This document shows, in pieces, positions 20,567 to 29,097 of a stretch of 64,000 nucleotides of DNA (its first letter is position 1; the number at the start of each line of letters is the position of its first letter). The DNA is from Nanobdellota archaeon (GTDB lineage: Archaea > Nanobdellota > Nanobdellia > Pacearchaeales > GW2011-AR1), in contig JBBSXC010000003.1 in the NCBI GenBank assembly GCA_038045945.1, positions 128,001-192,000 on the forward strand. The letters run 5' to 3'. The notes beneath the pieces are model-generated. The model was not told the origin of the DNA and made no database searches. It saw only the letters and a program-made list of their open reading frames with translations. A program made the position numbers and the translations under genes.

Positions 20567-21109
20567 ATGGACTTATTAAGAACAGACAGAGCAGAAGAAT
20601 TAGTGTTAAGCTTAGAACGACAACACGAAATAAAATTACACCCTGGAAGAAGAGAGGAATTAGTTGAGAGGTTAGCAACAATGCCGGGAATACCAGGAAC
20701 AGATTTTGATCAAACCTTTGACTTTGGAAAAATTTATGCTTCTTCAGTTAATGAATCACCAATAACTTATCGTGTTTACCCAACAGTTTTATTAACAAAT
20801 TACGCAGCCACAAACAAAAAAGCACCAACTAAAGGCGAAATGTACGGCGCAGCTCATGATGAAGTTTTTAGAAAAGGACTAAGAGGATTATGGAAAAGCA
20901 CAGCAAACTTTGTCAACTCAGCCTTAATGGACAGACAACTATTAGCCATCATGGAGAGCGTAGGAAGAGAACACCCATATTCATTACTTGGAAGAATAAC
21001 AATAATTAATGGTGGAAAGTTAAGAGTACCATTTATAGCAGTACCAGGAATAACTCACCATATGGACCTAGATATGATAAGAAAGTTTGGAAAACCAACA
21101 GGATACTAA
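20567..21109 (+). CDS. hypothetical protein, paralog of 21194..21808
   Basis: 180 aa; YSLLG...PFIAVPGI. Confidence 0.65.
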   Translation: MDLLRTDRAEELVLSLERQHEIKLHPGRREELVERLATMPGIPGTDFDQTFDFGKIYASSVNESPITYRVYPTVLLTNYAATNKKAPTKGEMYGAAHDEVFRKGLRGLWKSTANFVNSALMDRQLLAIMESVGREHPYSLLGRITIINGGKLRVPFIAVPGITHHMDLDMIRKFGKPTGY

Positions 21110-21193
21110 TACCCATTAACCTCTAAAGACCAAATATTCTGCCCTTTTAACCCTTTAGTAACTTTTTTAAGCTCCTTTTTCTTAAAGTTAATA

Positions 21194-21808
21194 ATGGTTT
21201 ATGAAACAAGAAGGGATTTCGAAAAATCCTTATTAAACGTTGGAAGAATCCAAGCAGGAACACTAGTCGGAACATTACAACAGAGAATAGGACTAATAGT
21301 ACCGGATGAGGAACTAGTAACAAACTTATCCATAGAAAGCACCCCTAAAGGAGAACAATTCTCAAAAAATCTCGGTTACAATGACAGCACCATAATAATC
21401 CCTAACAGTGAAAACTATGTTATTTTATCATTAGGATCATTACTAAACAATGAAAAACAGGCTCACGAACAACCAAGCCTCTTAGAAATAGCACTAAACA
21501 GAGCCATAACCCTAAGAACAGGAATAAACCTTGACAGACTAGTAGAAAAATTAAGAGAAGAAAGAGAAATATTAGAATTAATGAATAAAGATGCCCAAAC
21601 AGCTTATTCTTTATTAGGACTAGCAAAAACTATGGAAGTTGAAAGAAACGGAGCAGCTTATTCAGCAACAAGACCAATACTGGCAATCCCAGGAATAGGA
21701 AGTAATGAAAGAGTATCTGATTGGGAAAGAAAAAATACTGTTTATAGAAGAGAAGGAAGCTTTAGTTCAACAATAATAAGTGAAGAAGAATACAAAAAAG
21801 CAGCTTAA
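21194..21808 (+). CDS. hypothetical protein, paralog of 20567..21109
   Basis: 204 aa; YSLLG...PILAIPGI. Confidence 0.65.
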   Translation: MVYETRRDFEKSLLNVGRIQAGTLVGTLQQRIGLIVPDEELVTNLSIESTPKGEQFSKNLGYNDSTIIIPNSENYVILSLGSLLNNEKQAHEQPSLLEIALNRAITLRTGINLDRLVEKLREEREILELMNKDAQTAYSLLGLAKTMEVERNGAAYSATRPILAIPGIGSNERVSDWERKNTVYRREGSFSSTIISEEEYKKAA

Positions 21809-21821
21809 AAATTCTTTATTA

Positions 21822-23525
21822 TCACATTTCACTAATTGCTTCTATACCTAAAAGCCATAAAGCATTATTCATAACTGTTCTAAACGACTGAACAAGTGCT
21901 AAACGAAAGTCTTCTTTATCACCACTGCCAATAACTGGGCATTCTTGATAAAAATCATTAAAAGCTTTAGCCAAATCATAATTATAAGAAGCAATAACGC
22001 TAGAATCTAACCTTTTTGATGCTTCTGTAACGACACTTGAGAATTCTCCAAGTTTCTTAACAAGCTCATACTCCTTCTTCTCAACACTAACAACTTTGTA
22101 CTTACCAACCTTTTTCTTAGACTTCTTCAAAATACTACAAGCACGAGCATAAGAATACTGTAAGTAAGGACCAGTATTACCTTCAAAAGATATTGACTCT
22201 TTAGGATTATAAGTCATGTCTCTCTCAACACCAACTTTTAGTAAATGATACTTAATAGCAGACATGGCAATACTTAAACTTCTACTATCAATTTCTTTAT
22301 CCTTTAGTTCTGCATAACGACTCTTAATCTCCCCCTTAACAAGTGTCCTTACTTCGTTAATGAAATCATCAGCATCAACAACTGTCCCTTCACGAGACTT
22401 CATACGACCTTCTGGAAGATAGACCATCCCGTATGATAAGTGGTTTATTGGAGACTTAATTCCAAGAATTTTACAAACTTGTGCTAATACTTTGAAATGA
22501 TGGTTTTGTTCGCTAGCAACAACTATGAGCGACCTATTCGGCTTGAATTCGTCATACTTCATCTTAGCTAGAGCAATATCTTGAGTGATATAGATGGATG
22601 TTCCATCTCCTCTGAGTAAAACCTTTTTACCCAAACCTTCTTTTTCTAAATCAACAATTATTCCACCATTATCATCTTTAGTGAATTTGCCTTCATTAAA
22701 ACCTTTAACAACTAAATCCTTACCATCGTCATAAATCTTGCTTTCAAAATAGTTTTTATCATGCTTAACGTTAAACAACTTGTATGTTTCTTTAAATCCA
22801 TCTAGCGCCCACTTATTCATTTGCTTCCATAATACTATAACTTTTTTGTCTTTTGACTCCCATTTTTGAAGAATCACTTGAGCTTCTTCTTCTAACTTGG
22901 GATCATCTTTTGCCTTTTGAGAAAACAAAACATAATACTTTCCAACAAAATGGTCTGATTTCATATTAGACTTCTGTGGCGTATCTCCTTCCCCCCATCT
23001 TTCATAAGCTAACATTGATTTGCAAATATGAACTCCGCGATCATTGTTAAGATTAACCCTAACAACTTTTTTACCATTAAACTCTAGAATTCTTGAAACG
23101 CTCTCACCTATCGACATATTCCTCATGTGACCCAAGTGTAAGGGTTTATTAGTATTAGGTGAAGGGAACTCAATAAGAACCTTCTCCTTTTCATTAGACT
23201 TACCATAATTGGACTTTTGCTTTAAAACTTCCTTCAAAACTTCCGCAGTTATTGCTTTCTTATTCATAAAAAAGTTTACGTAAGGACCGCTCGCTCTTAT
23301 TTCTTCAAAATGCTTAAGCGTAGAAAAATCAGCAGAAATCTTAGTAGTTAACAAAACAGCAATATCAACAGGACTTTTCTTTAAAGATTTAGATAAAACA
23401 AAACAAGGAAAAGCAAAATCACCAAGATCACTACTAGGTGGAGCAGTCAACAATTTTGACACTTCATCAAGGGACAAACCAGTATTTTTTGATAATGCAT
23501 CAACAATCAACCCTTTAGCATCCAT
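21822..23525 (-). CDS. argS: arginyl-tRNA synthetase
   Basis: GDFAFPCF, SPNTNKPLHLGHMRN, RMKSREG, GNTGPYLQYSYAR; start MDAKG. Confidence 0.97.
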   Translation of the reverse strand: MDAKGLIVDALSKNTGLSLDEVSKLLTAPPSSDLGDFAFPCFVLSKSLKKSPVDIAVLLTTKISADFSTLKHFEEIRASGPYVNFFMNKKAITAEVLKEVLKQKSNYGKSNEKEKVLIEFPSPNTNKPLHLGHMRNMSIGESVSRILEFNGKKVVRVNLNNDRGVHICKSMLAYERWGEGDTPQKSNMKSDHFVGKYYVLFSQKAKDDPKLEEEAQVILQKWESKDKKVIVLWKQMNKWALDGFKETYKLFNVKHDKNYFESKIYDDGKDLVVKGFNEGKFTKDDNGGIIVDLEKEGLGKKVLLRGDGTSIYITQDIALAKMKYDEFKPNRSLIVVASEQNHHFKVLAQVCKILGIKSPINHLSYGMVYLPEGRMKSREGTVVDADDFINEVRTLVKGEIKSRYAELKDKEIDSRSLSIAMSAIKYHLLKVGVERDMTYNPKESISFEGNTGPYLQYSYARACSILKKSKKKVGKYKVVSVEKKEYELVKKLGEFSSVVTEASKRLDSSVIASYNYDLAKAFNDFYQECPVIGSGDKEDFRLALVQSFRTVMNNALWLLGIEAISEM

Positions 23526-23573
23526 AAAAAAGCTAACATAACAAGAGCTTATAAAGATTATGTGCAAGAAAAA

Positions 23574-23936
23574 TTATTCATCAGCCGCAATATACAAATC
23601 ACCATCAATGTAAGGACTTAACCTTTGACCGTCAAGATCACAAGAACTAACAACAATAAAATAATTATTATCATTAAGGTATCTTTGACAAGCATCCCTA
23701 AAGTTTTCTTCAACACCCTTATCACGATAAGCAATAGAAGGTTTAGAAGAATCAGGGATAACAACCTTAACCACTAATGATTCACTAGAAGAACATTCTT
23801 CAACATTAATTCTACCAGCAAGAATTAAACGACCAGGCAATTCACTAAATGGTTTAACTCTAGAAAAACTAAGCCTATCAGCAAAAGATAAACCCAGAAT
23901 TTTACGACCACCATCATTACGTGTACTAACCTCCAT
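23574..23936 (-). CDS. hypothetical protein, paralog of 23939..24355
   Basis: 120 aa; RYL...YFIVVS...PYIDGDLY. Confidence 0.65.
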   Translation of the reverse strand: MEVSTRNDGGRKILGLSFADRLSFSRVKPFSELPGRLILAGRINVEECSSSESLVVKVVIPDSSKPSIAYRDKGVEENFRDACQRYLNDNNYFIVVSSCDLDGQRLSPYIDGDLYIAADE

Positions 23937-23938
23937 AA

Positions 23939-24355
23939 CTACCCTTTCCTCTTATTTGACTCCTTAACCTTCTTCCCAACCTTTTCCTGAGGCTCTGCAG
24001 CAGGCTTTCTTTCGTAAAGAGTCCCAATAATCCTAGGAACAGTTAAACCATCCCTAACTTGACTATAATGACTAACACCAACAAGATAACGACCACTAGT
24101 AAACAAGTAAGAATCAACCTTATTAGGAAAAGGGTAAGCAGTTTGTCCATCAGAAGTAAACAACTCTTGAGGGTTTTCGTCAATACGAACAGTAAGCTTA
24201 TTCATGTTAAAAGCATCCTCATAAATTTCTGCAGCACCAACACAAAAAACTTCATCATGACTCAAACCTAATTGTTCAAGACCACCAGTAGCAAACAAAC
24301 GAGAACCATGATAATTAACCTTCAGAACTGCTAAACCATCACGACTAGTAGTCAT
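23939..24355 (-). CDS. hypothetical protein, paralog of 23574..23936
   Basis: 138 aa; SYL...YLVGVS...PRIIGTLY. Confidence 0.65.
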   Translation of the reverse strand: MTTSRDGLAVLKVNYHGSRLFATGGLEQLGLSHDEVFCVGAAEIYEDAFNMNKLTVRIDENPQELFTSDGQTAYPFPNKVDSYLFTSGRYLVGVSHYSQVRDGLTVPRIIGTLYERKPAAEPQEKVGKKVKESNKRKG

Positions 24356-24445
24356 TAATAAGCTATTAAGAAACCCTTTATAACCATTTATTTAATGAAA
24401 GAGATACTTCATAAGATTCTTAAATGATGAATAATTCCCATTATT

Positions 24446-24616
24446 ATGGCTCACAAATGCGAGTTTTGTAAAGAAAAAATTGAAGAAGACGAAAGAGGAA
24501 AAATAGTTGGAACAATAATAAAAGTAAGAAAAGCAAAAGGAGAAAAAAACGAGTACAAATACTTCTGCAACAAGTGCCAAAAAGAAGGAAAAGATAAAGA
24601 AATAGCAAGAAAATAA
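24446..24616 (+). CDS. 56-aa zinc-finger protein (absent from ORF track)
   Basis: MAHKCEFCKEKIEEDERGKIVGTIIKVRKAKGEKNEYKYFCNKCQKEGKDKEIARK; two CxxC; TATA CTTAAAT upstream. Confidence 0.75.
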   Translation: MAHKCEFCKEKIEEDERGKIVGTIIKVRKAKGEKNEYKYFCNKCQKEGKDKEIARK

Positions 24617-24669
24617 GAGAAAATTATTAATTCATAAGGTTTTAAAATACTCAAAGTCTAAGGGTAATC

Positions 24670-25056
24670 ATGAAGTATAAAGCATTATTCATAATATTTG
24701 GCTTATGCCTAATAGCGTCATTAATACTAGCAATAACACCAACACCACTAATATGCGCTAATGGATGCGACCTAGTACAAACATCAAAATACGCTTATAC
24801 ATTCGGAATAAAAAATAGTTGGGCAGGAGTAGTAATATTTGCAGCACTATTAATAATGGTCTTAGTGTACAAAGCAGAAAAGAGTGTTAAAGTAAAGCAC
24901 ACAATACACACAGGACTAGTCATCGGAAGCATGATAGCAATATACTTCTTATACTTACAAGTATACATACTAAAATCATACTGCAAATACTGCTTAGTAG
25001 TAGACATAGGACTATTATTAGCCATGGCTGTAGCAATATGGAAATGGGAAGACTAA
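24670..25056 (+). CDS. vitamin K epoxide reductase (VKOR) family protein
   Basis: C...GCDLVQTSKYA loop, four TMs, CKYC redox motif. Confidence 0.9.
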   Translation: MKYKALFIIFGLCLIASLILAITPTPLICANGCDLVQTSKYAYTFGIKNSWAGVVIFAALLIMVLVYKAEKSVKVKHTIHTGLVIGSMIAIYFLYLQVYILKSYCKYCLVVDIGLLLAMAVAIWKWED

Positions 25057-25105
25057 GAATACCGATAAAGAAAACAATTAAATAACTATCATTCTAACAG
25101 TTATA

Positions 25106-25600
25106 ATGGAGAATATACAAGTATCCGTATCAAGACAAGACTTCGAAGGAGATAAAATACCAATATGGTACAAAGGAGACTTAATTGAAGGAGCAATAAG
25201 CATAACCCCAGAACAATCATACAGCAAAACAAACAATAAAGGAAAAAATTTTACTAAAGAAGGAAAAGCAACATACCAAATAAGAGGATTGTTAAAATAC
25301 AAAGCCAACAACTGTTTCGTTATAGACTTCGGAGTATTAGGAGTAAGCACAAGCCCCATACCAGAACAAATAAGCCCGCAAATAAGTGTAGGAGAACACA
25401 TAAACGGAAAGTTCAGATTATCAATAAGTTGTTTAATGGAAAAAATGGAAAGGTTAGGAAGAGAATCATCACAAAAACTAATACAAAAATTTAGAATAGA
25501 AAAAATATATTCTCCAACAGGAGCAGAAATAAACGAAATAAAGGGCGGAATGCAAGGCGCGAGCGGAATAATAATAGAATTAAACGCACTAAAGTTCTAG
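25106..25600 (+). CDS. hypothetical protein
   Basis: 164-aa ORF. Confidence 0.6.
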   Translation: MENIQVSVSRQDFEGDKIPIWYKGDLIEGAISITPEQSYSKTNNKGKNFTKEGKATYQIRGLLKYKANNCFVIDFGVLGVSTSPIPEQISPQISVGEHINGKFRLSISCLMEKMERLGRESSQKLIQKFRIEKIYSPTGAEINEIKGGMQGASGIIIELNALKF

Positions 25601-25629
25601 GTGTCTACACTTTCAAAAACGTAGACACC
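25598..25629. repeat. inverted pair of GGTGTCTAC boxes downstream of fic
   Basis: TAGGTGTCTACAC(25598-25610)...GTAGACACC(25621-25629). Confidence 0.8.
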
Positions 25630-25670
25630 CAACAAACATCGACGGATAAATTAATTCTCTGAGAAAAAAA

Positions 25671-25727
25671 TTATTTTTTGAATTTCTTCCTTAAAGTACG
25701 ATACTCTTTAATAAACATCTAAAAAGA
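25671..25727 (-). pseudogene. remnant 3' end of a second Fic allele / mini-ORF MFIKEYRTLRKKFKK
   Basis: in frame directly after the fic stop; encodes the same KEYRTLRKKFKK* with 7 of 13 codons synonymously changed. Confidence 0.75.
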
Positions 25728-26669
25728 CTACTTTTTAAATTTCTTTCTAAGGGTTCTATACTCTTTAAGAATTAATTCAATAGTAGGCCTAATATTACCA
25801 GTGTTTTGGAATTCTCGTAAAGTCTTATAATACTTTTTTCTACTATCAAAAGAAATATTCACAGGAGGAAGATGATGCTTAAGCAAAATATTATTAAGAA
25901 TAAGCCTACCAACCCTACCATTACCATCCTCAAAAGGGTGAATATACTCAAACTGGTTATGAACAACAGCAGCTAAAACAATACCAGGAAGCTTACGCTT
26001 ATTCTTATCATACCAAGTAACAAGCTCAGAAAGAAGAGAAGAAACCCTACTTGATGGAGCACCAAGGTGAATAATATTACCTAAACCATCACGAATACCA
26101 ACCTCAACACCCTTATTCCTAAACTTACCAGCAAAAGCCTTAGAGTTCTCAAAAACAGTTTTGTGCAAATCAAGCATCAACTTTAAAGATAAATGAACTT
26201 TCGTCTTACGAATATACCTAATAGCCTTAGCAACACCATAAGTTTCAGAAATTTCTCCCTTAGGCTTAGTAATAGGCCACTTATTACGACCTAAAATACC
26301 AACAACTTCACTCTGAGTAACAGTTGAACCCTCAATAGCGTTAGTATGATAAGCAAAAATTTCTGTGAAAGCATTCCATTCACTATCAGAAAGATGAAAA
26401 ATCTTAAACTTAGACTTATCCTTTAACAACTTAACAAGATCTAACTCTCGCTTAGTAAAACGATAATTAATAGGACTTCTAATAATTTTAAAACTATTAA
26501 GTTGTTGTATAAGCAAAGTTTTGGCTTTCTCAACACGACCATCAAGAATTTTCTTCTTAAGATTAACACCAATGTAAACTCTAGTCTTCTTAACCTTCCC
26601 ACCCTCACGAAAAGAGTGAGAAAGATAATACTTCAGCCCATGAACAGTTTTACGCTTTTCAAGATACAT
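25728..26669 (-). CDS. Fic-family protein (class II) with N-terminal beta-sheet DNA-binding-like domain
   Basis: HPFEDGNGRVGR catalytic motif; TNAIEG inhibitory motif; N-term KYYLSHSFREGGKVKKTRVYIG. Confidence 0.93.
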   Translation of the reverse strand: MYLEKRKTVHGLKYYLSHSFREGGKVKKTRVYIGVNLKKKILDGRVEKAKTLLIQQLNSFKIIRSPINYRFTKRELDLVKLLKDKSKFKIFHLSDSEWNAFTEIFAYHTNAIEGSTVTQSEVVGILGRNKWPITKPKGEISETYGVAKAIRYIRKTKVHLSLKLMLDLHKTVFENSKAFAGKFRNKGVEVGIRDGLGNIIHLGAPSSRVSSLLSELVTWYDKNKRKLPGIVLAAVVHNQFEYIHPFEDGNGRVGRLILNNILLKHHLPPVNISFDSRKKYYKTLREFQNTGNIRPTIELILKEYRTLRKKFKK

Positions 26670-26719
26670 TAGTGCTTTAACCTCTTATTATAATACATTA
26701 CTACTTGCATATAAATATA

Positions 26720-26763
26720 TAGGTGTCTACATATTTAAATATGTCTACAAAAGGTGTCTACAC
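26720..26763. repeat. three direct (GG)TGTCTACA boxes upstream of the fic promoter
   Basis: TAGGTGTCTACA 26720-26731, TGTCTACA 26742-26749, AGGTGTCTACAC 26752-26763. Confidence 0.8.
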
Positions 26764-26833
26764 AGGGCTACAAGTAAAAAGGTATGCTTTTAGTAAGCGA
26801 TTTGTTTAAATATTAAATTATTCTTGCTTTATT

Positions 26834-27262
26834 ATGGTAGAATCACTTGTCGAAATACTTAACTATCAATCACCTACTTACACTCAAACTTTTGATAGAG
26901 AGGTTGAAGCAGATGAAGGACACAGGTTTTTTTATAATAATGACCCTAAAGATAAAATTTGCGAATGGCTAAAAAATAATTCTTTATGCACCATCCCTCA
27001 AGCAGTACCAGGAGAAGTACCAACTCACACCGGATACTTAATTAATGGTCAAGATGGTTCTTCATGCATTGTTAGAATGAAATTTTACGATTTTTCTGAT
27101 AAGTCTAATGAAGAAAGAAAAGCAATGGTGCCAGAAGGAAGTAGAGACAGACCTTACAAAGTTAGACTGACTATTCGCTCACAACCAGCAAATAGAAGCA
27201 TGCCCAGAGAATTAAGGATTATTCTTAGCCAAATGAATTACGAAAAAATAAAAGAATTATAA
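26834..27262 (+). CDS. hypothetical protein
   Basis: 142-aa ORF with TTTAAATA upstream. Confidence 0.6.
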   Translation: MVESLVEILNYQSPTYTQTFDREVEADEGHRFFYNNDPKDKICEWLKNNSLCTIPQAVPGEVPTHTGYLINGQDGSSCIVRMKFYDFSDKSNEERKAMVPEGSRDRPYKVRLTIRSQPANRSMPRELRIILSQMNYEKIKEL

Positions 27263-27326
27263 TAACAAACTTAGCAAAAGCCGCATAATAAGTATTAAAA
27301 GCATTATAATACAACAAAACATATAC

Positions 27327-27399
27327 GCCTTCGTAGCTCAATGGTTAGAGCGATTGCTTCGTAAGCAATAGGTTGAGGGTTCAATTCCCTTCGAAGGCT
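27327..27399 (+). tRNA. tRNA-Thr(CGT)
   Basis: acceptor GCCTTCG/CGAAGGC, anticodon arm ATTGC-TTCGTAA-GCAAT, TTCAATT T-loop, U73, no CCA. Confidence 0.95.
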
Positions 27400-27447
27400 T
27401 TGCCTAATAGTTAAGTTTAAATTAGTAAAAAATTTGGTGATATTTAC

Positions 27448-27519
27448 GCCTCAGTAGCTCAGTAGTAGAGCACGAGTTTAGTAAACTCGGGGTCGGGGGT
27501 TCAATTCCCTCCTGAGGCT
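27448..27519 (+). tRNA. tRNA-Thr(AGT)
   Basis: acceptor GCCTCAG/CTGAGGC, anticodon arm CGAGT-TTAGTAA-ACTCG, T-arm GGGGG-TTCAATT-CCCTC, U73; D-loop AGTAGTA lacks one conserved G. Confidence 0.88.
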
Positions 27520-27597
27520 TTAATATTATTTTATCTCATAAATACTTATAAACTAGATAATTTTCTCCAACAAGTAAAAAGGTGTTTGATAAAAAAA

Positions 27598-29055
27598 ATG
27601 GTTTATGATTGGCAATTAATAGGAGCAGAATGGGGAGATGAAGGAAAGGGTAGAGGAGTTCAAAACATAGTAAGAAACCAAAACATAAAGCACGTAGCAA
27701 AATACCAGGGCGGAGCTAATTCCGGGCATACGCAATACATAAAAGAGGATATAAAAATAGCTTTACACATGTTGCCCGATGGAGTAACAGAAACGGGAAC
27801 ATTCAACTATTTAACCCAAGGAGTCGCCCTAGACCTCGTACAAACTTTCAAAGAGATAGATGAACTCAAGGGTCACAAAATCTCACTTGATGGGAGATTA
27901 TTCATTAGCCATAGAGCAACAGTAGTAATGGCCGGAGACGTAGTTTCAGATTTCTTAAGCGATGGAAACGGAAGTACAGCAAAAGGAATAAGATATTGTT
28001 ACGGTAGACAATCAAGACCAAGACTGAACATAAGAGTGGAAGACTTATATGGAAAAGTAGGAAACGACGGAAAGCTATCAGAACCAAGAATTTCACAACA
28101 CCTCGAAAGATTTTTAAGAACATATGAAGGAGATCTTGCACAAAGATTAGAGTTAGAAATAGAAAGACTAAAAGAATTAAGATCCTCAAGTGACGAAAAG
28201 ACAAAGATTGAAAGAAGATTAGAAAGAGGTATTAAGTTAAGAGAAGAATTAAGATCTGAAAATGAAGCTACAAGACTTCTAAGACAAGCGGATAGACTTC
28301 TACCATATGTTGCAGACACGACAAAAATGTTAGAAGACGTAGTTAATGGAGATAGAGAAGGAATATTATACGATGGTTCACAAGCAGCACTACTTGATAA
28401 AGATTCAGGCCCAGGAGATGATTTAACATCTTCATCATCAAGTGGAGCAGCATTATTTGCTAATCTAGGATTTTCTTATAATAACAGACAAATGGGCAGA
28501 CTAATTAGAATAGGAGTAGTAAAACACTTACCTACAAGAGTCGGAAGAGCAGGGCACGGTTTCCCAACAAGAGATGAAAAATTAGAAACCGCATTAAGAG
28601 AAAAAGGCGATGAAAGAGGAGCAACAACAGGAAGACCCAGAGAAATGGGACACCCAGATGCCGTAGCAGTTGCTTACGCAGTTAGAATTAGTGGAATTGA
28701 CGGGTTATTCTACACAAAAGCAGACTTAGTAGATGGACAGGGAGAGCAAAAAATAGCCATAGCCTACAAGGACGATGATACAGGAGTAGTTTATCCTAGA
28801 ATGATCACTCATAGAGAAATATTCGACAGTACCAGACTAAAACCAATTTTTGAAACTCATTCTGGATGGGATAAACTTCAAGGCGCTAGAAAAGAAGAAG
28901 ACACACCAGAAAGCTTCAAAAGATTCTTAGGAAGATATACAGATATAATATCAGAAAAAGTCAATAGATACGTCCCAATAGTCGCAATATCCACAAGCCC
29001 AAAAAGCGAAGACTTTATTGATTTATTAGATAGACTACAATTGCAAGAGAGATAA
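27598..29055 (+). CDS. purA: adenylosuccinate synthetase (divergent, with coiled-coil insert)
   Basis: GAEWGDEGKG, QGGANSGHT, PTRVG, ERGATTGRPR, TKADLVD, ISTSP. Confidence 0.9.
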   Translation: MVYDWQLIGAEWGDEGKGRGVQNIVRNQNIKHVAKYQGGANSGHTQYIKEDIKIALHMLPDGVTETGTFNYLTQGVALDLVQTFKEIDELKGHKISLDGRLFISHRATVVMAGDVVSDFLSDGNGSTAKGIRYCYGRQSRPRLNIRVEDLYGKVGNDGKLSEPRISQHLERFLRTYEGDLAQRLELEIERLKELRSSSDEKTKIERRLERGIKLREELRSENEATRLLRQADRLLPYVADTTKMLEDVVNGDREGILYDGSQAALLDKDSGPGDDLTSSSSSGAALFANLGFSYNNRQMGRLIRIGVVKHLPTRVGRAGHGFPTRDEKLETALREKGDERGATTGRPREMGHPDAVAVAYAVRISGIDGLFYTKADLVDGQGEQKIAIAYKDDDTGVVYPRMITHREIFDSTRLKPIFETHSGWDKLQGARKEEDTPESFKRFLGRYTDIISEKVNRYVPIVAISTSPKSEDFIDLLDRLQLQER

Positions 29056-29097
29056 GTTTACCATAAAACTTATAAGTTTCAGTTTAACCTTAATCGT

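Noticed and set aside
27598-29055. PurZ (diaminopurine pathway)
   Set aside because: GDEGKG keeps the PurA Asp and no phage context is present.
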